Source: Candidatus Bathyarchaeota archaeon (GTDB lineage: Archaea; Thermoproteota; Bathyarchaeia; 40CM-2-53-6). Taken from it: DNA of 48,843 nucleotides. The position numbers and the translations under genes were made by a program. Below the pieces are notes generated by a model. The model made no database searches and was not told the origin of the DNA. It was given only the letters and a program-made list of their open reading frames with translations. The DNA is taken from the NCBI GenBank assembly GCA_005883085.1, contig VBAY01000106.1:1-48843 (forward strand). The letters are read 5' to 3'. Numbering within the stretch: position 1 is the stretch's first letter; each line of letters starts with the position of its first letter. Positions 9,013 to 16,156 of the stretch are shown piece by piece.

Positions 9013-10078
9013 ACTGGTACAATGTGGGCCTCAACATTGGCTCAATACCGCTCTCCACAAGCTTCACAATCTCACCCAGCGCTCCACTGGTGAACAAACC
9101 CGTCACATTCACCTCCACAACCATAGGCGGAACCTCACCTTACGCGATCAGCTGGAACTTTGGCGACGGCTCAACAGGGACGGGAACTTCCGCTATACAC
9201 ACTTATTCGACGGCTCAAACTTTCACGGTAACTGGGACCGCCACTGACTCCTCTTCCCCAGCGCGAACCACCACCAGCTCGAAGACAGTAACCACCTCAA
9301 CGCCCCCACCACCCTCGACCAGCTTCACATTTAGTCCGACAAGTCCGACATTAAACTCACTCGTGACATTCACAAGTACAACTACAGGTGGAACCGCTCC
9401 ATACTCGATATCATGGACTTTCGGCGACGGAGGATCGGCAACAGGAGCCACCGTTACTCATACCTTCGCCAGCACCCAGACCTTCACAGTAATCGAAACG
9501 GCAACTGACTCGTCCTCACCCTCCCAGACAGCTACCGGCTCCAAGACAGTGACCGTATCACCTCCTCCACCATTATCGACCAGCTTCACATTCCTCCCCT
9601 CAACACCCCTAGTCAACGCCCCAGTCGCATTCACCGCGGTAACAACCAGCGGAACGTCACCCTACACCGTCACCTGGAACTTCGGCGACGGAACAACAGG
9701 CACGGGACCGACCGTAACCCACACGTTCACAACAGCCCAATCGTTCACAGTAACCGAAACGGCAACTGACTCGTCATCGCCCAGGCAAACAGCCACAAGC
9801 TCGCGATCTCTAACTGTCTACACAACCCCACCTCTCTCCGCCGCCATCAGAGGTTCCACATCCTCTCCTCAGGTGGGCCAAACAGTCACCTTCACAGCCT
9901 CGGCCACAGGCGGAACAACACCCTACAGCTACGCGATCTCGTTCGGCGACGGTGCTACTGGAACAGGAAGGACACCAACCCATGCATATTCAACCGCAGG
10001 ATCCTATACAGTTACGCTGACAGTTACAGACTCGGGCTCACCCCAAGCAATGAGCTTGGCAAGCATAACAGTCAATGT
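8095..10078 (+). repeat. tandem coding repeats (six PKD-domain units of about 85 aa), interrupted at about 8610-9040 by a non-repeat domain
   Basis: The unit L/PSTSFT..P..P.VN.PV.FT..TTGG..PY.ISWNFGDG.TGTG..VTHT….Q.FTVTETATDSS.P.QTAT recurs six times at the protein level, with visibly related DNA. Confidence 0.8.
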
Positions 10079-10583
10079 ACAAGCCTTGTTGCCTCCCGCA
10101 CTAGCTCTACCAGGAAACCAGACGGTGAACTCAGGATCATGGATCAATTTCACGGTCACCGCAACAAGCTCCAACCCGGCTAGGACGGTCGCGCTGTCAG
10201 CATCCCAACTACCGGCGGGCGCAACCTTCGACTCATACACGGGCGTCTTCTCGTGGAGACCCGGTGCTAGCCAGACTGGATATTACACGATCGATTTCAT
10301 CGCCACTGATGACGGTACTCCTCCAATGTCCAGCTCCAGCCCCATGGGCATTCAAGTGAATCAAGCAGCGCCAGGAGGCTCCGGTGGAAGTGGCTCAGGG
10401 GGAAGCTCAAACGGTGGCTGCACCTGGTGCCCCACGTTCCCAACAATCTCCTACAGCATGCGGCTACTCCTGATCGGGGGTCTCCTCGGCCTCGTCACGT
10501 CCCTCGCACTCTTGACGATCAAAGCGCGGTCAAGTCTGGAACATACGAAGAGACGGCTGAACCGGATGACGCGAGACGACTAG
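8991..10583 (+). CDS. 4 PKD domains + Ig-like (He_PIG/cadherin-like) domain + G/S linker + C-terminal TM anchor; C-terminal segment of the same surface protein
   Basis: The frame is open from 8817. Four PKD repeats with SPY.ISWNFGDG cores are followed by LPAGATFDSYTGVFSWRPGASQTGYYTIDFIATDDG (Ig-like), GGSGGSGSGGSS, and then the TM helix LLLIGGLLGLVTSLALLTI with a basic tail. Confidence 0.85.
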   Translation: MLNSVNVDWYNVGLNIGSIPLSTSFTISPSAPLVNKPVTFTSTTIGGTSPYAISWNFGDGSTGTGTSAIHTYSTAQTFTVTGTATDSSSPARTTTSSKTVTTSTPPPPSTSFTFSPTSPTLNSLVTFTSTTTGGTAPYSISWTFGDGGSATGATVTHTFASTQTFTVIETATDSSSPSQTATGSKTVTVSPPPPLSTSFTFLPSTPLVNAPVAFTAVTTSGTSPYTVTWNFGDGTTGTGPTVTHTFTTAQSFTVTETATDSSSPRQTATSSRSLTVYTTPPLSAAIRGSTSSPQVGQTVTFTASATGGTTPYSYAISFGDGATGTGRTPTHAYSTAGSYTVTLTVTDSGSPQAMSLASITVNVQALLPPALALPGNQTVNSGSWINFTVTATSSNPARTVALSASQLPAGATFDSYTGVFSWRPGASQTGYYTIDFIATDDGTPPMSSSSPMGIQVNQAAPGGSGGSGSGGSSNGGCTWCPTFPTISYSMRLLLIGGLLGLVTSLALLTIKARSSLEHTKRRLNRMTRDD

Positions 10584-10688
10584 CAACCAGGCAAGCCGGA
10601 CAGGAAGCTCAGCACAGAAACCTTCCGCCTTTCAGTACGGACAAAGCTGCCCAATAGAAAACAAGAGCGATCCCGATTGCCTATCTGA

Positions 10689-10994
10689 TTAGAGCACTCT
10701 AACCGCTACTTTGCAGCCTTTGCAATACTGGTAAACGGCGAGAAGATCGCCAGGAACATGCTTGACAGCGTCGGTCTGGACGAAGATGTTTTCTAGAGGA
10801 CTTCCGCATGCAAGGTGCAGAACCCCTCCTACCGTGAGAACGTCAATCCCCTCACCAGCTCTCTCGAGCTGATCCACCAACTCCTCTATTCTAGCAACTG
10901 GAAATTCCTGGAAAAGCTTGTGGACTGTAATCTGACCTACAGGTTTCGAGCTCACTAGATCGTTTGCGCCAGAACGAGTCGCAACACGCCGCAA
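10689..10994 (-). CDS. small hypothetical protein with C-terminal CxxC
   Basis: The C-terminal ~100 codons of ORF 10689-11219 are protein-like (ITVHKLFQEFPVARIEELVDQLERAGEGIDVLTVGGVLHLACGSPLENIFVQTDAVKHVPGDLLAVYQYCKGCKVAVRVL). The N-terminal part overlaps the 3' end of 11110-12102. In-frame TTG at 10994 or GTG at 10955 are plausible starts. Confidence 0.4.
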   Translation of the reverse strand: MRRVATRSGANDLVSSKPVGQITVHKLFQEFPVARIEELVDQLERAGEGIDVLTVGGVLHLACGSPLENIFVQTDAVKHVPGDLLAVYQYCKGCKVAVRVL

Positions 10995-11109
10995 CGGTCT
11001 GTTCCCGGCAACATCGGTTTCCGTATCGGCTTCTAAGGATGAAGTAACCCGGCGTCGGTAGGTCCGAGATAACCTGCGGGTCTCCCCGCTTTGAGAGCGA
11101 TACTGGGTA

Positions 11110-12102
11110 CTAGGAGGGTCCGGTCTGGAACATGTTTTGATTGGCGTAGGCGTTGAGCCCATGGTACGAGTATTGCTGCATCTGGGTTCCAAGTAACATT
11201 TCCGAACTGCACTGACCAAATACTGATGAGTTCGGATTAGACGGTGCGTATTCGCCGATACAGATCCAACCCGATGATATCAGAACGTCTTGTTCTGAGT
11301 AGGTAACTTGTTTCATTGATGGCTCAGACGCGCTGGCATGATACCACTCTGTCATCAGACTCGTGGGAGTGCGTGTTGCGCGAGAACTGGAAGAGCCCTT
11401 GAAAATGCTCCCGGCCCCGCTAGTATAGCTGTGAGAAGAAGAAGCTCCGGTATTATAATCGAGGGCTCCCATGACGACGTTTCCGCTGGAAAACGAGAGG
11501 CTCAGCCGTACAGTATCACCTTGGTTCACTCTGTCCGGGACTCTCGACAAGACAGGGTTGTTCGTCGAACCGTTCGGATAGAACACCTCCCAGATAAAAT
11601 GGAACCCGGAAACGTAGCTGGTCCCCGAGGCTAAAGGCCAGTTGTAGGCCAGCCCGACTTGATACCAATAACCGCTATCGGAGAGGCCGTTCAGAAGATA
11701 CGCTGGACCGAAGCTGGAAGAATCGGTTTGAGGAACAGCGGTCACGTTGAAGCTAAGCGAACTGAAGTCTTGGGTAAAGATCAGAGATACCTGCTGATCA
11801 TATGTGGCCTTACCGGTTGTCGTTGGGAAGGTAGAGTTTGTGCAAAGAGCAGGACTGAGACAGGTCAGGTTCCGCAGAAGATTCCGTGCTTCATCGTAAA
11901 AGCGGGTTGCGGCGGGAACTAGGACTCCTGAAGCAAACAAGCTTCCAACCACCACAAGTGCGATTAGGCCCACCGCGGCTCCAATGTGCCGTGCAGGAGG
12001 CGAGCCGTGCCTCCCCGAACTGGTCCAGTCTAGCCTAGTTCCACAATGTGGGCAGAAGCTATCGGAAGTCTGTAGCTCGCCGTGGCAGGCCGGACAGTTC
12101 AA
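11110..12102 (-). CDS. zinc-ribbon / single-pass membrane protein with extracellular beta-rich domain
   Basis: 330 aa. MNCPACHGELQTSDSFCPHCG zinc ribbon, TM AAVGLIALVVVGSLFASGVLV, then a ~250-aa S/T/N/Y-rich ectodomain (GYWYQVGLAYNWPL...). The ectodomain family is not recognised with confidence. Confidence 0.7.
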   Translation of the reverse strand: MNCPACHGELQTSDSFCPHCGTRLDWTSSGRHGSPPARHIGAAVGLIALVVVGSLFASGVLVPAATRFYDEARNLLRNLTCLSPALCTNSTFPTTTGKATYDQQVSLIFTQDFSSLSFNVTAVPQTDSSSFGPAYLLNGLSDSGYWYQVGLAYNWPLASGTSYVSGFHFIWEVFYPNGSTNNPVLSRVPDRVNQGDTVRLSLSFSSGNVVMGALDYNTGASSSHSYTSGAGSIFKGSSSSRATRTPTSLMTEWYHASASEPSMKQVTYSEQDVLISSGWICIGEYAPSNPNSSVFGQCSSEMLLGTQMQQYSYHGLNAYANQNMFQTGPS

Positions 12103-12221
12103 GCCTGACTAAGCGCGGGCGAAGTGAGCCTTAGCCTTTCTGCTCCCATCCCATCGATCAGAATTCTAGCACCACTATGGAACCTTTTTCATACCCGACA
12201 CATTTCTACCAATGAGCCGAT

Positions 12222-12578
12222 ATGAAGGCAGACAATCTCAAGTCTAGGTTGACGAAGGAGAAGGAGATCGAACTCACGGTCACTGGAAGAAAGAGCAGGA
12301 AGCCTATTCCTCGACCCGTCTGGTTCGTGCTTAGAGGGACCGAGTTGTTGCTGCTGCCTGTAACAGGCACAAGCTCGCAATGGTACAAGAACATCCTCAA
12401 AGATCCCCTGGTGAAAATCACCTCCAGCGGACAAACCATTACAGGAAAGCTTCACCCAATAACGGGGAAGAGGGAGGTTGGCGAGGTAATCCAGTTGTTC
12501 GAGAAGAAATATGGTCCTCGGGACGTAAAGAGGTATTATCCAAACCCGAACGTCGCGGCCGGCTTACCGCTCGATTAG
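12222..12578 (+). CDS. split-beta-barrel protein, deazaflavin-dependent nitroreductase-like (DUF385-like)
   Basis: 118 aa. The pattern RPVWFVLRGTELLLLPVTGTSSQWYKNILKDPLVKI…GKREVGEVIQLFEKKYG resembles the DUF385/PNPOx-like fold family. The assignment is by motif only. Confidence 0.5.
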   Translation: MKADNLKSRLTKEKEIELTVTGRKSRKPIPRPVWFVLRGTELLLLPVTGTSSQWYKNILKDPLVKITSSGQTITGKLHPITGKREVGEVIQLFEKKYGPRDVKRYYPNPNVAAGLPLD

Positions 12579-12593
12579 CTTAGCTTACGAGAT

Positions 12594-12728
12594 TCAGGCC
12601 CCGAACCGTAGTCCTAGCATTGGACCGAAAACGAATACTAACAACATGAACACCAATGGAAAAATCCCGAACACTAAGAACAGTATGATCTTGCCTGACG
12701 CGCCATCATCCCTTTCGCGCTTGGTCAT
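12594..12728 (-). CDS. possible 44-aa hydrophobic micro-protein
   Basis: ATG 12728 to TGA 12594 encodes MTKRERDDGASGKIILFLVFGIFPLVFMLLVFVFGPMLGLRFGA, a charged N-terminus followed by about 30 hydrophobic residues. It is below the ORF-track cutoff and there is no other support. Confidence 0.2.
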   Translation of the reverse strand: MTKRERDDGASGKIILFLVFGIFPLVFMLLVFVFGPMLGLRFGA

Positions 12729-12877
12729 CGCGGACAAATCGGTCCAGAGGATCGCTAAAAACAATTAGCATACAGAATCTGGCTCGAGATGGCCTTCTGG
12801 ATGACTCAATATCGAATAGTTTTCTGGCAGACGCGAAAGGATTTGAAAGGAGCTGGATAGCGAAGCAGTAGGCCGGC

Positions 12878-13519
12878 TTGAGCCTCACCGATGCAATATT
12901 CAACTTTGCGCTGAACCTGCTCTATCAATGGAACTATCCAGGGGTCTTCCTCTTGATGACCTTTGAAGGCGCGACCCTTCCCGTCCCCAGCGAAATCGTG
13001 CTTCCACTGACCGGGTTCCTCGTGTACCAGGGCAAACTTGAGTTTTGGACCGCAGTCGCGGCGGCAACCCTGGGAAGTTTGGTCGGAACAATTGTCGACT
13101 TCAGTATCGGATACTACCTGGGAAGACCCGCTGTTCTCAGATACGGGAGGAAAATTGGACTGAGCGAGAAACATCTGATGATAACCGAAAGATGGTTTGC
13201 AAATCACGGCAGTGCAGCCGTGCTCTTGGCAAGGTTTGTCCCCCTGCTGCGGACATTGATAGCTTTCCCTGCGGGTACAGCCAAGATGAAAATCGGCAGG
13301 TTCCTCGCTTATTCGACCGTTGGCATAGTCATCTGGGATATTATTTTGATCTACCTCGGAGTTCTTGCGGGCCAGAACGCTAGCTCAATCGTGTACTTTC
13401 TGGATGCAACGCTCCCACTAATCGGATACGTAGCCGTCGGAGGAATCGTCATTGCAGTGTGGCTGCTCTCAAGAAGACATGGAAAGAAGCAGGATAAACC
13501 GGGATCTAGCGATCTCTAG
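12878..13519 (+). CDS. dedA: DedA-family (SNARE-associated) membrane protein
   Basis: 213 aa with a TTG start. Typical DedA core: FEGATLPVPSEIVLPLTGFLV…GSLVGTIVDFSIGYYLGRP…WFANHGSAAVLLARFVPLLRTLIAFPAG. Confidence 0.85.
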   Translation: MSLTDAIFNFALNLLYQWNYPGVFLLMTFEGATLPVPSEIVLPLTGFLVYQGKLEFWTAVAAATLGSLVGTIVDFSIGYYLGRPAVLRYGRKIGLSEKHLMITERWFANHGSAAVLLARFVPLLRTLIAFPAGTAKMKIGRFLAYSTVGIVIWDIILIYLGVLAGQNASSIVYFLDATLPLIGYVAVGGIVIAVWLLSRRHGKKQDKPGSSDL

Positions 13520-13612
13520 GCGTGAAGCTCTACACTACCTCACCAATGCTCGGTTCGAACTACAGAGGCAGCAAGGGGTGGAACCGAAGACGGCAAGCCT
13601 ATCGGAACAACA

Positions 13613-14842
13613 ATGGAACGAGAGCGCGAGACCACGCGAGAGCAGTGTCTAGAGGCGACCCCGCGAGGCTCCAGTTACAAGACCCGTATAGTGACGATTC
13701 GACAAACTCTAGTTCAAGGGTTGAGCTCGGAGGAATGCACCACGACACTATCCATAAAGCGGGTCCCTCTCAAGGCCGCCATCCTGCTTCTGATCTTCGC
13801 CTTTGGCTCGTTCACGGTTAGCGGAACCATTCTCCCATTCACCATCAGCGAAGCCCGCAAACCAACAGGTACCTTCCTACTGACACTAAGCCCTTCGGAA
13901 GTCACACTGCCGCAAGGGGCGAACGCCACCTCGACCATTTCCATCATAAGCACTCAAGGTTACGCAGGGACAGTTTCTCTCGCTGCACAATTCACCATGG
14001 GAAGCCTATCGGTCTCCTTCAATCCTAATAGCATCAGCGTGCAGGCGGGGGGAACTGCCACATCCACAATGACAGTCGAAGCGGCAAAGAATGCATCGAT
14101 CGAGACGTACAGCATCATTATAACCGGCACCTCTGCAGTTGGGAGAAGAGTCGTTTCCAGCTCAACTATGTTTACGGTTACGGTGAACCCGCTTGCTGGT
14201 TTCGGCCTATACGCTTACCCCTACTCGATCAGCGTGGTAGCAGGAATGACCAATTCCACCAGTATCATCCTCGACAGCAACAATGGTTTCGGGGGGTCTG
14301 TGTCTCTCTCTGCGACGGTACCTTTTGGATTTCTGGGCGTGATGGGAGGTCAAAACCCGGTAACACTTACCCCTGCAGCCACGTCGTATACAAGCTTACA
14401 GGTGTCGACTACCAGTTCGACTTTGTCAGGAGAGTACAATATTACGATCACTGGAGCCAGCGGAACTGTAAGTCATTCTTGCATCCTGACGGTCAACGTT
14501 GTAGACCCCGTTCCAGAATCATTGACCCTGTCGGGATCATCGCTCCTTTCTTCTACCAGTATGACATTGTTTCTCCGGAATAACGGTAATACTCCGATAA
14601 CCCTCCAGTCGTACACGGTGACAGACATCTCGGGAGACCAATGGATTCTTGCCAATTGGACGAGTCCAACCATACAGCCAGGTACGGCTAGTGCAGCGGT
14701 GATCTACATCGGGGCGAGCTGCGAGGCTTGCACCTACAATGGGCTATTCGGCCTCTTCCAAGAATTCGTTCCAGGTCATACCTATACGATTACGATCACC
14801 ACGAAACTCCAGAACCAATTCACATTCAACGTTACCGCCTAA
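13613..14842 (+). CDS. cell-surface protein with N-terminal signal anchor and tandem Ig-like/CARDB-like beta domains
   Basis: 409-aa ORF. The real start is probably later (in-frame GTG 13691 or TTG 13721), ahead of the signal anchor KAAILLLIFAFGSFTVSG. Two related ~100-aa repeats (…VTLPQGANATSTISIIS..GYAGTVSLAA… and …ISVVAGMTNSTSIILDSNNGFGGSVSLSA…) precede a third beta domain. Confidence 0.65.
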   Translation: MERERETTREQCLEATPRGSSYKTRIVTIRQTLVQGLSSEECTTTLSIKRVPLKAAILLLIFAFGSFTVSGTILPFTISEARKPTGTFLLTLSPSEVTLPQGANATSTISIISTQGYAGTVSLAAQFTMGSLSVSFNPNSISVQAGGTATSTMTVEAAKNASIETYSIIITGTSAVGRRVVSSSTMFTVTVNPLAGFGLYAYPYSISVVAGMTNSTSIILDSNNGFGGSVSLSATVPFGFLGVMGGQNPVTLTPAATSYTSLQVSTTSSTLSGEYNITITGASGTVSHSCILTVNVVDPVPESLTLSGSSLLSSTSMTLFLRNNGNTPITLQSYTVTDISGDQWILANWTSPTIQPGTASAAVIYIGASCEACTYNGLFGLFQEFVPGHTYTITITTKLQNQFTFNVTA

Positions 14843-14979
14843 GGTGACCGAAGACCGGAACCGGGATCATAAGATTTGACACATTATCATTTTGACCAGA
14901 AGAAAAATTAGACATGGGATTGGGCACAAACCGATCTAGAAGAGAGCTAGACCCCGTAGAGGAAACAACCGAACGGGTG

Positions 14980-15231
14980 CTAGTTAGTCCCGCTGGTTCT
15001 TGCTACCCGAGATAGAGAGGCCGGGGAATGCTGGCGCAGATACAACAGCTGCGAGCGCGCCCCGGTTAGAACCAGCTTTCGAATGAAGTCCGCCTTCGAA
15101 ATAAGCCCCTCACGGTTACGATATTCCTCGTACAGCGCATCCACCACTGCCCAATCGCTTTCGTCCAGTTTGATTTGTTTGGAGAAGGGGGCCCAGTCCT
15201 TGCTCGCGTTCGTATCAGGCATTGGTGACAA
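14980..15231 (-). CDS. ribbon-helix-helix-like small DNA-binding protein
   Basis: 83 aa. The pattern is strand KQIKLDES, helix WAVVDALYEEY, loop, helix SKADFIRKLVLTG, which fits the CopG/RHH layout. Confidence 0.45.
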   Translation of the reverse strand: MSPMPDTNASKDWAPFSKQIKLDESDWAVVDALYEEYRNREGLISKADFIRKLVLTGARSQLLYLRQHSPASLSRVARTSGTN

Positions 15232-15455
15232 GGTAGCTGGAGAGAATATCCTCTTTAGCGTATAGTTACCGAGCTTTTCTTGGAAAAATGCTGGTTATGG
15301 ATTGCAATAACGTCATCTCGACCTTATCGCGAAACAAAGGGGCGATTTACGGGCAGTCCTTATAGATTCTTCTAAGGACCCATTTCAGGCTCAGTCAATA
15401 GAGGAGTCTAGTCCCAATCAGGCTGTCTACAAGAAAACGTCGAGAGTTCGAACGA

Positions 15456-15704
15456 TTACTGCTTTTTCTTCGATTTCGACACAACTGCCGCCTGTAACAT
15501 GGATGTTCTAGCTCTTGCTCTTGAGATCCGTTTTCGATGTCTCTCTGACTGGGCATTTCCTCCATCATGGGCCTCGGCTAGTTTGAGCCAGTCTGGTATC
15601 ACGATCGCTCGGATCAACTCCTGCACGGTGATATCCCTGTCGTCAGCGATCCTTCGTAGCTTTGTATAAGCGGAGTCTCCTAGGGATTGCATGAACTTAG
15701 ACAC
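15456..15704 (-). CDS. ribbon-helix-helix-like small DNA-binding protein with basic tail
   Basis: 82 aa. FMQSLGDS (strand), AYTKLRRIADDRD (helix), ITVQELIRAIVIPDWL (helix), then a basic tail HRKRISRARART…KSKKKQ. Confidence 0.5.
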   Translation of the reverse strand: MSKFMQSLGDSAYTKLRRIADDRDITVQELIRAIVIPDWLKLAEAHDGGNAQSERHRKRISRARARTSMLQAAVVSKSKKKQ

Positions 15705-16156
15705 TACGGTGTCCTCCGACGGGCATGTCTCTTCTAAACTGTCAGACCCTCAATTCCGCCAATAGAGCTACGCACAATATAAATTCGAGTAATTCTCGCG
15801 TGGACTGACTCGCCTTTTGCGATATTACGATTGCCGCGGATACATAATTCAATCTCAAGAGAACAGAAGCAAAATGTCGGCAACACCCTCTCACCGTTCG
15901 CGAGTCTTATCATGCTTGGGCATGTCATCTTCCGCCAGTCACACGAGAACTTACTGAAGCCTAGGCCTTCAAGAACTGTGAGTCTGGTTTTTTCGACTAC
16001 CGCCTCAGAGTGGTCATACGATATTTGTCTTGGTGACCATCGGTGCACTCTCGCACCCGTTGTCGATTAGCCTAACACTGCAGTAGTCAAGCTGTTCCTC
16101 TAATTGCGTCGAGGTGAGCGTTTGGTGGGAAGAATTTGTAGAGAGACATCCACGGA

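Noticed and set aside
8095-10078. Regular ~255-nt DNA periodicity as a CRISPR-like or non-coding tandem array
   Set aside because: The repeats are in frame within long ORFs and encode PKD domains. The units are far longer than CRISPR repeats and have no unique spacers.
10995-11219. Full 176-aa ORF 10689-11219
   Set aside because: Its first ~37 codons overlap the 3' end of the zinc-ribbon membrane protein gene and its first ~75 codons are R/S/T/P-rich, like out-of-frame sequence. Only the C-terminal ~100 codons look coding.
13552-13560. GGTTCGAAC, resembling a tRNA T-loop
   Set aside because: The flanking bases do not form a T-stem, and no acceptor or anticodon arms can be drawn. I found no other T-loop consensus matches on either strand by eye, so no tRNA is called.
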